Of a DNA stretch of 37,919 bases, positions 17,177 through 25,686 are shown in pieces. The position numbers and the translations under genes were made by a program. This stretch comes from Gemmatimonadales bacterium (GTDB lineage Bacteria > Gemmatimonadota > Gemmatimonadetes > Gemmatimonadales > GWC2-71-9), in NCBI GenBank assembly GCA_041577295.1, contig JBFGJG010000044.1, positions 1 through 37,919 on the forward strand, in the 5' to 3' direction. The notes under the pieces are model-generated. The model searched no databases. It had not been told where the DNA came from and saw only the letters and a list, made by a program, of their open reading frames with translations. Each line of letters opens with the position of its first letter. Within the stretch, counting starts at the first letter, position 1.

Positions 17177-18449
17177 CTCCACCCCGAACGACTACTCCAC
17201 CCTTCATCACGAATTGGACATTGCGGAGCGCCGAGATGTCGCTCAGCGGATCCCCAGCCACGGCGATGACATCGGCGAGAAGGCCTAGTTGGACTCTGCC
17301 ACGATCGGCGAGCCGCAGGATCGTCGCGTTGCCGGACGTTGCGCTGATCACGGCTTCCGCTGGCTGCATTCCATAATCCACCATCAGCTCGAGTTCTCGG
17401 ACGTTATCACCATGGGGAAACACCCCCACATCGCCACCGAAACAGATCGGAACGCGTGCGGCAAGCGCGAGTGAAATCGATTGCCGTTTGGCGGCGATGC
17501 GCGTAGGCTCGGAGTCCACTCCCTTGCGCCAACCACGATACTGTTCGATCGCATCGCCCGCGGCGATCGTCGGGCACAGGGCCACCTGACGCGCAGCCAT
17601 CAACTCGAAGACCTCTCGCGTCCCGCCGTCGCCGTGCTCGATCGTGCGCACGCCGGCGAGCGTGGCACGACGCATTCCTTCAGGCGAGCTCGCGTGCGCT
17701 ACCACTTCCCGTCCACTGCTGGCAGCTACCTGCACGATGAGGTTCAACTCATCTTGGGTGAACGTCGCACGGGCTTCACCGTTAGGACCCCAACGATAGT
17801 CCGCATAGACTTTGATCCAGTCCGCGCCCCGTCCGATCTGGTCCCGCACGACACGAATCAGGTCGTCGTAACCATCGGCCACCTCTGCGCCCTTGGGTAG
17901 CTCCCACTCCGGTGCACCCGATGGTCCATAACTTCCCGTCGCCACGATGGCCTTGGTCGTAACGAGCATACGAGGTCCCGGAATCACCCCTGCGTCGATC
18001 GCTTGCTTAATGCCGACATCGGCGTAGTCGGCACCTTCGGTTCCAAGATCCCGTGCCGTGGTGATTCCGGCCCGCAGGGTTCGGCTCGCTGCGACGGTTC
18101 CTCGCGCTACCCGCATCGCCAAGGGTTCGTTGAGCACCTGATCGGTCCACGGTGCTTCATTATACGGATGGAGTAACAGATGTGAGTGCCCCTCGATGAG
18201 CCCGGGCAGTAGCGTTAGCTGGGGCAGCTCGACGATCCGCGCATCCCGCGGGTACTGCAGGCGGCCCGCAGGTCCGGCCGCGGTGATACGATCACCCACC
18301 ACCACCACTTCCCACCCCTGATGAAGGCGTGGCGTCACACCATCGAAGACGCGAGCCGGTCGGAGGACGATCGTTTGATCTTGCCCGGTGACCGCGGGCG
18401 CATACAAGCCTATCAGCAGGCTCAGGGCAAAAGCCGAGTGTTTGAGCAT
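17163..18449 (-). CDS. Metal-dependent amidohydrolase (Xaa-Pro dipeptidase-like subgroup), exported
   Basis: Signal peptide. LLPGLIEGHSHL (HxH), AGITTARDLG, GADWIKVYA, VVAHA, TIEHG, GGDVGV, G.LADVIAV.GDPL.DI. Confidence 0.92.
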   Translation of the reverse strand: MLKHSAFALSLLIGLYAPAVTGQDQTIVLRPARVFDGVTPRLHQGWEVVVVGDRITAAGPAGRLQYPRDARIVELPQLTLLPGLIEGHSHLLLHPYNEAPWTDQVLNEPLAMRVARGTVAASRTLRAGITTARDLGTEGADYADVGIKQAIDAGVIPGPRMLVTTKAIVATGSYGPSGAPEWELPKGAEVADGYDDLIRVVRDQIGRGADWIKVYADYRWGPNGEARATFTQDELNLIVQVAASSGREVVAHASSPEGMRRATLAGVRTIEHGDGGTREVFELMAARQVALCPTIAAGDAIEQYRGWRKGVDSEPTRIAAKRQSISLALAARVPICFGGDVGVFPHGDNVRELELMVDYGMQPAEAVISATSGNATILRLADRGRVQLGLLADVIAVAGDPLSDISALRNVQFVMKGGVVVRGGASPQ

Positions 18450-18597
18450 GTGATCCTCGGAGCGGGGGTGTCACAAGCCTAATCGGCGAGAACGTCGCCG
18501 GTAGCCCCTCAGGGATGGTGCCGAGGCCGGATGCGACGCACTGAGTTGATGAAGGCAGGTGGAGGGTGGCGCTTGAAAAGGCTCCGTTAGAATACTC

Positions 18598-18984
18598 TCA
18601 ACGTTTGCGATACCACTCCAATTCTTTCTGGTTTGCGAACCGTAGTGTGGCGTCGTTCCCCGATTCGAGGGAGAATGTCCCAGGGACGTCGCGGTCACCG
18701 TACTCGATATCGTATCGTATCCCTGCCACACTCGCGCGCGTTCGGAGGGTTCGAATTGGATAAACCGCCTCTGCACCGTTGCCTTGCTGAAGCATCAAGG
18801 TCGTAGGGGTGATGGTAAAGCCACGATCGGCGTAGCGCGGTGCGTCGGTGGTCCAAGCCCCGAGGAGCTCGGCTGGCACCTGGTGGTCTCCCTTTTTGAG
18901 AATCCGCGGCACCATCATGACTCCCAGCAGAACGATGAGAATGGCTGCAGCCGCGCGGGCCTTGTTCGTGAACACGTTGCTCAT
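18598..18984 (-). CDS. Small membrane-anchored hypothetical protein, last gene of the pilin/kinase operon
   Basis: ATG overlaps the kinase TGA (ATGA, 18981-18984). N-terminal TM helix, then VPAELLGAWTTDAPRYADRGFTIT and a beta-rich domain. Confidence 0.72.
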   Translation of the reverse strand: MSNVFTNKARAAAAILIVLLGVMMVPRILKKGDHQVPAELLGAWTTDAPRYADRGFTITPTTLMLQQGNGAEAVYPIRTLRTRASVAGIRYDIEYGDRDVPGTFSLESGNDATLRFANQKELEWYRKR

Positions 18985-21611
18985 GCGCGCACCTCCACCC
19001 CTGCTACCCCATCGGTCGTCAGGAGGCCACGAACGGCCTCGGTCAGCTCTTCGACGGTGTAGGGTTTGCTGACCATGACACAGTCTGCCGCTTGTCCCAC
19101 GAAGTCCGCGATAGTGGCCGGGCTGTACCCCGTGGTCATGACGACCGGAATGTTAGGTCGAATCTTGCGCAACTCGTGCACGAGTTCCGTTCCAGTGAGC
19201 TGTGGCATCGTCTGGTCGGTGACGACGACGTCAAATCGCGTGGGCTGTGACCGAAAGGTCTCCAGCGCGTCGCGGCCGTTCGACTCGACAGTTACGTGAT
19301 AGCCGAGCCGTTCGAGCATACGCTTCACCAGTGGCCCGATGTCGGGATCGTCATCGACCACGAGCACCTGTTCGTCGCCCTCGCACACGACTCTTCGCTC
19401 GTGCGTGGCCACGGATGCCGCTTCTTCCACCATCGGTAAGTAGACGGTGAATGTGGTTCCAAACCCAGGTGTGCTGTCGACCGTGATTTCCCCGTCGTGA
19501 CTCATGACGATGCCGTGAACGACCGACAACCCGAGACCGGTTCCTTCACCCACCTTCTTGGTGGTAAAGAACGGCTCAAAGAGGCGGGCCTGCGTGTCGG
19601 CGTCCATCCCGTGACCCGTATCGCGCACCGTGAGCCGGACGTATTCGCCCACGTCAAGACGCGGGGACTGGGCAGCGAGCGCCCCATCTACGGTAGCAGC
19701 ATCCAGGCGGATTTCGAGTGTTCCACCCTGCTCGCGCATGGCGTGGTACGCGTTGGTCCCGAGATTCATGAGGACCTGATGGATCTGGCTCCCGTCCGCC
19801 TCCACTGCTCCACAATTCGGCTCCACGTAATACCGGATGTCGATCGTGGTCGGAACCGTCGCGCGCAGCAGTTTGATCACGTCGTGGACTATCGGCCCCA
19901 GCTGAACGAGCTCACGCTCCGACGAGTGTCCGCGGCTGAAGGTCAGGATTTGTCGAACCAAGTCACCGGCGCGCCTGGTTGCCTTTCTTACCTCCAGCAA
20001 ATCCGCATGGGTCTCGCTGTCTGCAGGTACGTCTCGCAACGCGAGGTCAACGTACCCCCCAATGGGAGTCAGGATATTGTTGAAGTCGTGTGCGATACCA
20101 CCGGCAAGCGTCCCAATCGTTTCCAGCTTTTGCGCTTGCACGAGCTTCTCCTCGAGCAGTCGTTGCTCCTGTTCGGCCCGCTTGCGCTGGGTGAGATCTC
20201 GGAAGAAGGCGATGAGGATCGACCGGCCTTCTACCTGTGCTCGCTGAATGGCCAACTCCACCGGAAACGTCCTACCGTCCTTGCGACGCGCCTCGGTTTC
20301 AGTCGTCGATCCGGTCGCACCGTCGATTCCCACGAGTGCTTTGGAATCGACAACACCTTCACCGCCCCCGAGCAGCATACGGATATGCTTCCCATGTACA
20401 TCTTCCACCTGATAGCCAAACATTCTCATCGCCGTCTCACTGAACGACTCGATGACGCCGCGCTCATCGCTGGTGACAATGCCGTCCGTCGAAGATTCCA
20501 AAATCGTACGGAGCCGGGCCTCGCTATAGCGTAGCTGTGAGGTCGTTCCCGCGAGGCTTGCATTGAGGCGATCGCGCTCCTCAAACTGATGCCTGATTCG
20601 CAGCGTCATTCGGTTGAAAGACAACGCCAGGTCCTCGAACTCGTCTCCCGTGTCGATGACGACCTCGTTGGTGAAATCACCACTCCCCAATCGGCGCGTG
20701 GCTTGGCTGAGCTGACTGAGTGGTTCGAGCGTGCGACGAATCTCGATCCGACTGACCAACACGACGATCAGGACGCCAAGCAGAACGAGAAACGGAAAAC
20801 TCTGCTGGAACTGCGACAGCCCTGCCAGCAGGTACCCATGGGGCTCACTCAACACCACCGTCCACTTCGGCTCCAGGAACTCGTGCTTGAGGAAGAGCGA
20901 CCAGTAACCTGCAACGTACGGTTCATGCACCTCCCATTGGATGTTGCCGGCGTCAATCGTGCTGAGCGCTGCTGTGAGTTGACGCACGAGGTCGGTGGGT
21001 TCGGCGATAGAGCAGTAGATCGGAAGAACCTTTGCATCGAACACACAGATTTCGGCCTCGCTCGCCAACGCCACATCGTCATCCCCAGCTCGCCACAGGT
21101 ATACAGGGTCGACCTCGGCCCACAAGACGTCCCCCGCATGATCCAGCGAACCCACACCCATGAGAATACGGGGTGAAGGAGATGGGATGCTTCGTAACAC
21201 CGCCCGACCAGACTGTAACTGCACGCGCTCATCTGAGGTGAGATCTGCCAGTTCAGGGAGATCACCGAAGATGGGTAAGGCATCACCGGTGTCACGGATC
21301 AGCGCGAGACTTCGGAGTCGCGGCGTCGCAAATGCACTGGTGTCCATTGAAACGGCGACCGCACGATTGTAATTCAGGTTCGTCAAATGGGCCTTGAGCT
21401 CGGCTTTGACGAAGATGAGCCTATCGAAGATCGCGAGACCGGCGATCTTGCTGCCTAACTGGACACGGTCGCGACCTTGCATCTCGAGGTTCTTTTCGAC
21501 CTTGACATAGGCGATGCCGGCCAGTCCCAGAATGGGAAGGACCGCGCACAAGAGAAACATTCCGAGCATGCGGCGGGCAACGCGGGTGCGAAATACCGAG
21601 GAGGAGTTCAT
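18981..21611 (-). CDS. Hybrid sensor histidine kinase (2 TM + periplasmic domain, HAMP, PAS, HisKA, HATPase, receiver)
   Basis: Start MNSSSVFRTRVARR at 21611. HAMP (EPLSQL...GDEFEDLALSFNRM), PAS (DGIVTSDERG...MFGY), H-box LAGGIAHDFNNILT, N/G boxes QVLMNLGTNA, DTGHGM, FEPFFTTK..GEGTGLGL, REC VLVVDDD...TDQTMP...SKP. Confidence 0.95.
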   Translation of the reverse strand: MNSSSVFRTRVARRMLGMFLLCAVLPILGLAGIAYVKVEKNLEMQGRDRVQLGSKIAGLAIFDRLIFVKAELKAHLTNLNYNRAVAVSMDTSAFATPRLRSLALIRDTGDALPIFGDLPELADLTSDERVQLQSGRAVLRSIPSPSPRILMGVGSLDHAGDVLWAEVDPVYLWRAGDDDVALASEAEICVFDAKVLPIYCSIAEPTDLVRQLTAALSTIDAGNIQWEVHEPYVAGYWSLFLKHEFLEPKWTVVLSEPHGYLLAGLSQFQQSFPFLVLLGVLIVVLVSRIEIRRTLEPLSQLSQATRRLGSGDFTNEVVIDTGDEFEDLALSFNRMTLRIRHQFEERDRLNASLAGTTSQLRYSEARLRTILESSTDGIVTSDERGVIESFSETAMRMFGYQVEDVHGKHIRMLLGGGEGVVDSKALVGIDGATGSTTETEARRKDGRTFPVELAIQRAQVEGRSILIAFFRDLTQRKRAEQEQRLLEEKLVQAQKLETIGTLAGGIAHDFNNILTPIGGYVDLALRDVPADSETHADLLEVRKATRRAGDLVRQILTFSRGHSSERELVQLGPIVHDVIKLLRATVPTTIDIRYYVEPNCGAVEADGSQIHQVLMNLGTNAYHAMREQGGTLEIRLDAATVDGALAAQSPRLDVGEYVRLTVRDTGHGMDADTQARLFEPFFTTKKVGEGTGLGLSVVHGIVMSHDGEITVDSTPGFGTTFTVYLPMVEEAASVATHERRVVCEGDEQVLVVDDDPDIGPLVKRMLERLGYHVTVESNGRDALETFRSQPTRFDVVVTDQTMPQLTGTELVHELRKIRPNIPVVMTTGYSPATIADFVGQAADCVMVSKPYTVEELTEAVRGLLTTDGVAGVEVRA

Positions 21612-21622
21612 CTCAATGCCCG

Positions 21623-22081
21623 TTAGTAGCGGGCTCCCAATCCGATGAACCCACCGTCGTTCGCCCGAACCACATCGTCCCGACTCGACGGTGCCGACAG
21701 GGAACCTGCCGTCGCCCCGTCCTTGCCCACACTGTAGAGGTCGTAATCGGAGTTGAGCGGAACCAAAAACTTGTCCTTGCGTGCAGCACCGATGGTCTTC
21801 GTGGTGATCTTGAGGTATCGGTACGGTCGGCCCCACGGATCACGCCAATCGCCCTTGCCGATCTCCGCTAGCGACTCAGGCAGGGGATCGTAGCTGTCGA
21901 GCTCCGATTGAATCGCCGCAATGTCACCAATCGTCTCGGCAAGGCGTGCCTGATCGAGATAGCGGCGAATTTGCGGAACGACGAGCGCCGACAGCGTGCC
22001 GGCGATGGAAAGCACCAGCAGGATCTCGATGATCGTGTATCCGACTGCGCAAGTGCGCCACGGTGCTTTCCCGTTTCTCAC
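21623..22081 (-). CDS. Prepilin-type (class III signal) protein with GspG-like C-terminal motifs
   Basis: G|YTIIEILLVLSI (G-1, E+5), DPWGRPYRY, RKDKFLVPLNSDYDLYSVGKDG. GTG start overlaps the pilX-like TGA. Confidence 0.88.
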   Translation of the reverse strand: MRNGKAPWRTCAVGYTIIEILLVLSIAGTLSALVVPQIRRYLDQARLAETIGDIAAIQSELDSYDPLPESLAEIGKGDWRDPWGRPYRYLKITTKTIGAARKDKFLVPLNSDYDLYSVGKDGATAGSLSAPSSRDDVVRANDGGFIGLGARY

Positions 22082-23319
22082 CGCCAGACCTCCATCCAGG
22101 CCCGGTTACTGAGAGGCTTCAAGCGACCACCACCGCCAGTGCCGTCGACGAATTCGGTACAATCGTAGTCGAAACGCGTCTCTGAGCTGAACTTGTTCTC
22201 GTTGCTGAGGTTTTTCACTCCCGGCGGATCTGCCTGGTCCTTGCAGATGACCTGTCCGTGAAACACTTGCTTGTTGCTCAGTGAGCATTGACTACCGACG
22301 TACACGAGCCCATCGTACGCCACGTCCGTCGACGAGCCGCCCCCGCTGATCTTCATGTCACCCCGCACGACAACCAAGATCCCGTCGGGATGGTCTGCCC
22401 GCAGATAGACTTCGCTCGTGACCTCGAAAAACCCCAGTGCGAGGATGGAGAGTGCCACCGGCAATCCGGGACTGCCTTGATCCATCCCGATCTTGACGCT
22501 GCCGTCCGCGCACACCGTCCCCGGCGAGACAGGACCGTCCGCTTCGTACACCCCAGCGTTGTACTTCCAACCGTGCACGGCGGTACCAACCGCGAACGCG
22601 CTGTCTTGCGTGGCCACTTCGACGATCCAACCCTGCCGAAACCTGAAATCCGCCGGCCCACAGAAGTCCATTGGGTCAAACAGTGGGACCTTGACCGAGT
22701 CGACATACTCCTCGGGGACGACTGGCTCACCCGAGGTATCGTAAATCGTCGCACTGCCTCCGACGCTGCCACTGGCAGTGACCTTGCCGTCGGCCACAAT
22801 CGTGCCGCTCGAGCTGAAATCCCCGTTCACATGCACGTCAGCACACGCCCCCACGAACGTGGGCTTGCCGCTCATCGTGAGATCCCCGTCGACCAGCAAA
22901 GCCTGATTCACCAGGCCACCGCTCGGGCGAAGCATCATACGTACGGTCTTGCCGCCAAAACGGTCCTGGCCTTTAACCGTCAATGCGTAGAGTGGGCTGC
23001 TCCCATCGTCGCAGCGAAGCAGCTCCCCACGGTATCCCGCCCCGTCGGCGAGATCGTTCCATCCGAGATCCGCGCGCTCTCCAGCGTCGAGCGTTTCGGC
23101 AATGCTGTCGACCAGGGTCTTCCCCGAGGTGGGATTGACGATTTTCTCCCGCAACTCCGTGAGCCCCGCTTCCGCGGCATACAGCGAGACGCCTCCCTCC
23201 CGCATGGCGCGCGAGGCGCGGCGCTCGTCGTCCGCTATGCGGACCGCTGCTACGGCGATCACGCTCATGACCGTCAACGCCATGAGCACCGCTGGGAGCA
23301 CGAACCCTTTTCGATTCAC
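22078..23319 (-). CDS. pilX: PilX/GspK-like minor pilin with long C-terminal beta-repeat extension
   Basis: GTG 23319 after GGAAGGA. NRKG|FVLPAVLM lacks E+5, the hallmark of PilX/GspK. SLYAAEAGL PilX_N motif. Fourth in the minor pilin order. Confidence 0.78.
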   Translation of the reverse strand: MNRKGFVLPAVLMALTVMSVIAVAAVRIADDERRASRAMREGGVSLYAAEAGLTELREKIVNPTSGKTLVDSIAETLDAGERADLGWNDLADGAGYRGELLRCDDGSSPLYALTVKGQDRFGGKTVRMMLRPSGGLVNQALLVDGDLTMSGKPTFVGACADVHVNGDFSSSGTIVADGKVTASGSVGGSATIYDTSGEPVVPEEYVDSVKVPLFDPMDFCGPADFRFRQGWIVEVATQDSAFAVGTAVHGWKYNAGVYEADGPVSPGTVCADGSVKIGMDQGSPGLPVALSILALGFFEVTSEVYLRADHPDGILVVVRGDMKISGGGSSTDVAYDGLVYVGSQCSLSNKQVFHGQVICKDQADPPGVKNLSNENKFSSETRFDYDCTEFVDGTGGGGRLKPLSNRAWMEVWR

Positions 23320-23329
23320 AAAGTCCTTC

Positions 23330-24178
23330 CTATCCTCTGAGCCTGACCCGAAGAGACAGACTGTCCTGCAGATGCTGCAGCGAGCCTTTCCAGTTCGTTG
23401 GCCGCGCGCTCTTTGCCCGTAATACGATGTCCACCATAGCCACTGCGGCCGGATCGTTGGTGACGCCGCCACCGGTATCCCGATACTTGAACTCGAGACC
23501 ACCCTGCTGCGGCGCCACTAGCGGACCGGTGAGCACGTCATGATCGCTACTGGCAGAGATCTTCCTCCCAAACCACCACTCGTTGTTCTCCTGGTAGAGT
23601 CCGTATTCCACAACACGGAACAACACCACTGGCGAACCGACCGCGATTCCCGCCGTGTCATTGGGGTTCGCAACCACGACCTCTACGCCCGCCTCCGCCG
23701 CTTCGCCACTTGCCCATACACAGGGCGTGACGGCGAGACTCGCCGCAGAGGTTGCGGCTCCGACCGCGAGTGCGCGCCAATCCCCGCCACCAGCGAGGAC
23801 CAGAATACTGTCGGCACCGCTTTCCTCTATCTCTCCGCTCACTTCTACCAATCCGTAGCGTGGCTGTGAACCATGAACACGACAGATGATCCCGCTCCCG
23901 ACACTCGCCCTCAGCGTCAGCGAGTTCGGTCCGATCGCTACCAGATCACCATCCGCTGCCGCAGCGTGGCGAATCTCGGACGACAGGAGCGATCCGGCTG
24001 CTCGCAGTGTGTTGTGGACATCGCTCGCCTCATGCTGCCTGCCGTAGGATCGGCTTTGCGCCATGATCACCTTGTAAACGGCCGTCAAGACGATGCCCGC
24101 AACCACGAGCGTTACCAGCGTCTCGACGAGGGTAAACCCTCGCCGCCGCGAACATGGAGCCACCCGACGGTTCATCAT
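23330..24178 (-). CDS. pilW: PilW/GspJ-like minor pilin
   Basis: RRRG|FTLVETLVTLVVAG; LRAAGSLLSSEIRHA; C-terminal GLEFKYRD...V.IVL...SL.VRLRG. ATGA overlap with the upstream gene. Confidence 0.78.
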   Translation of the reverse strand: MMNRRVAPCSRRRGFTLVETLVTLVVAGIVLTAVYKVIMAQSRSYGRQHEASDVHNTLRAAGSLLSSEIRHAAAADGDLVAIGPNSLTLRASVGSGIICRVHGSQPRYGLVEVSGEIEESGADSILVLAGGGDWRALAVGAATSAASLAVTPCVWASGEAAEAGVEVVVANPNDTAGIAVGSPVVLFRVVEYGLYQENNEWWFGRKISASSDHDVLTGPLVAPQQGGLEFKYRDTGGGVTNDPAAVAMVDIVLRAKSARPTNWKGSLQHLQDSLSLRVRLRG

Positions 24179-24546
24179 TTCACCAAGTAGAGGACGAGCG
24201 TGTCGGCTACCGCGCTTCGTCCCGGCTTGGGTGTTCTTCCTATCGTCAGGTCGACCTGCAACGGCGTCGTCTTCGGGGTCACCTCCCATTTGAGCAGGAA
24301 ATCCCCCACGACATCCGATCCATTGGTCACATTATCGGCTCCGACTGCGATCAGGCTGTCCGCTTTCCACTGCACTGCCGCCCACCACTGGAGATCCGAC
24401 CGCGCGCGGATCGTCGTGCTCGCGGCCGCGGCGGTTGCGCCCAACAACCCAATGAGACCCACCGTGAACAGGACCAGGCCCACCATGACCTCGGCGAGCG
24501 ACATGCCGCGCTCGTTGCGACGAACCGATCGCGTAGCTGTCCTCAT
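24175..24546 (-). CDS. pilV: PilV/GspI-like minor pilin
   Basis: NERG|MSLAEVMVGLVLFTVGLIGL. Short size, second position, ATGA overlap with the upstream gene. Confidence 0.75.
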   Translation of the reverse strand: MRTATRSVRRNERGMSLAEVMVGLVLFTVGLIGLLGATAAAASTTIRARSDLQWWAAVQWKADSLIAVGADNVTNGSDVVGDFLLKWEVTPKTTPLQVDLTIGRTPKPGRSAVADTLVLYLVK

Positions 24547-24995
24547 CGCATCACCTTCCCCAGCACGGTGGTCTGGACTCTCTGGACGTACCCTGCGACC
24601 TCGAACTGCATCGTGACGTCGCCTGCTTCGCACGCGCCACGCGTGGTCGTGAGCCCGCGAGCGTCGAAACACAGTACCGCGCGGTCTGCCGTCATGCGGA
24701 TCCCCTCGCGCAGCCGGTGTACTTGGCCCACCGTGTCACGCATCCCCGTCCCGCTCGTATCCACTTCCACCCAAAAGCTCGGACCCGCGGCATCGATGTG
24801 TAGCTCGGCCACCCGATTGTGCCGCAACGCGCTGGACCGAGCCATCGCGTGCACGACCACGAACCGATTGACGGCGGCGCGCGTGACGAGCTGGCGATAG
24901 ACCGCCAAGAAAGACGGCGACGAGATCATCAAGACCACGCCCAGTACTGACATGACGATCATCAGCTCGATCAGGGTGAAACCGCGGGACTTCAC
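24543..24995 (-). CDS. fimT: FimT/FimU/GspH-like minor pilin
   Basis: MKSRG|FTLIELMIVMSVLGVV..ISSPSF; ARSSALRHNR.AEL; FDARGL; terminal V....LGKV. GGAGG upstream. Confidence 0.8.
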   Translation of the reverse strand: MKSRGFTLIELMIVMSVLGVVLMISSPSFLAVYRQLVTRAAVNRFVVVHAMARSSALRHNRVAELHIDAAGPSFWVEVDTSGTGMRDTVGQVHRLREGIRMTADRAVLCFDARGLTTTRGACEAGDVTMQFEVAGYVQRVQTTVLGKVMR

Positions 24996-25064
24996 TACTT
25001 CTTTCCTCCAAACTTCGCCTGCTGCGTTCTTCTGAGTACTTCCCTTTCAACCATGCCTATCAAT

Positions 25065-25081
25065 AGCAACTGCCGTTCCTA
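25065..25081 (-). promoter_or_regulatory. Candidate sigma54 (-24/-12) promoter for the pilin/kinase operon
   Basis: Minus strand TAGGAACGGCAGTTGCT versus consensus YTGGCACG-N4-TTGCW: exact GG-N10-GC spacing, ACG and TTGCT conserved. Lies 70 bp upstream of the fimT-like start. Confidence 0.65.
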
Positions 25082-25186
25082 ACCATGGCGGTTCGCAACT
25101 CCGTGTCGTGGTCGGCGTTAGCGTATCAACCGCTACCGTGACCGGTGTCGCTTCCTTCGCGAAACGCAGGTCTCCTCGCGGCAGAT

Positions 25187-25213
25187 GAAACTTTTTCCGC
25201 ACGAAAAAGTTTC
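25187..25213. promoter_or_regulatory. Perfect 11-bp AT-rich inverted repeat, candidate activator-binding site
   Basis: GAAACTTTTTC-cgcac-GAAAAAGTTTC, about 105-135 bp upstream of the -24 element. Confidence 0.5.
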
Positions 25214-25444
25214 GGAAAAAAAGTCCGGTGCGACCCATCTGCTTCGCGACCTGTTCCTTTCGCTTTGCAGCCGGTAGCTTCTGCGCCCGCCGGCCGTGTT
25301 CGCACAGAGGTGGCCTTTTCATCTCATTGCCGCTCAGTCCAAATGCAGACTAGGTGCCGCGGATTCCGGAAAGGCAACTCATTGTGACGCCGAAACTTCT
25401 GTCTATCGGTCGGTTCCGGTTGGGTGGAGCCATTCGCGCCGGCT

Positions 25445-25526
25445 GGTGCAAAACGACCCAACGACCAACGGCGCGTGGACCCGCTTGTGAGTTGAGGAGG
25501 GCAACCAGTCGGTACAAAACGACCCA
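25445..25526. repeat. 16-bp direct repeat pair GGT(G/A)CAAAACGACCCA
   Basis: Copies at 25445-25460 and 25511-25526, 15/16 identical, 66 bp apart, in the divergent intergenic region. Confidence 0.7.
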
Positions 25527-25686
25527 GCAAAAGCCCGGCATCTCGAGCCCCACTAGCCGCCATGGGCAACCGACGCTGATTGACTCCCCGTACGGTATCG
25601 GGTAGCCTTCGACGGCTCAAATAGCACCCGGAACCGCTGGCTCAAGCGAGCACGGTTCCTTTTTGTTCACAGGCCGCGAGGATCGT

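Noticed and set aside
21612..21836. N-terminal extension of the kinase in the ORF track (similar extensions on the pilX, pilW, pilV, SPFH, M20, Ser/Thr kinase and kelch ORFs)
   Set aside because: They overlap neighbouring genes or intergenic DNA. Downstream starts give proper signal or prepilin leaders, RBSs and stop/start coupling.
25369..25432. c-di-GMP-I riboswitch-like words (GGCAA...GACGC..AAAC...GTCTA)
   Set aside because: No GNRA-capped P2 stem between GGCAA and GACGC and no convincing P1/P3. It is also on the strand opposite the pilin operon. An Rfam cmsearch would settle it.
25445..25526. Possible mini-CRISPR (two repeats with a 50-nt spacer)
   Set aside because: Only two 16-bp units, too short for CRISPR repeats, and no cas genes. 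Kept only as a direct repeat.
25047..25620. Short ORFs in the fimT/fkpA intergenic region
   Set aside because: No recognisable motifs or RBS, mutually overlapping, and they overlie promoter-like elements.
18598..25620. Pilin/kinase block as a horizontally acquired island
   Set aside because: Parts look slightly more AT-rich by eye, but I cannot compute composition and see no integrase, tRNA or flanking direct repeats.
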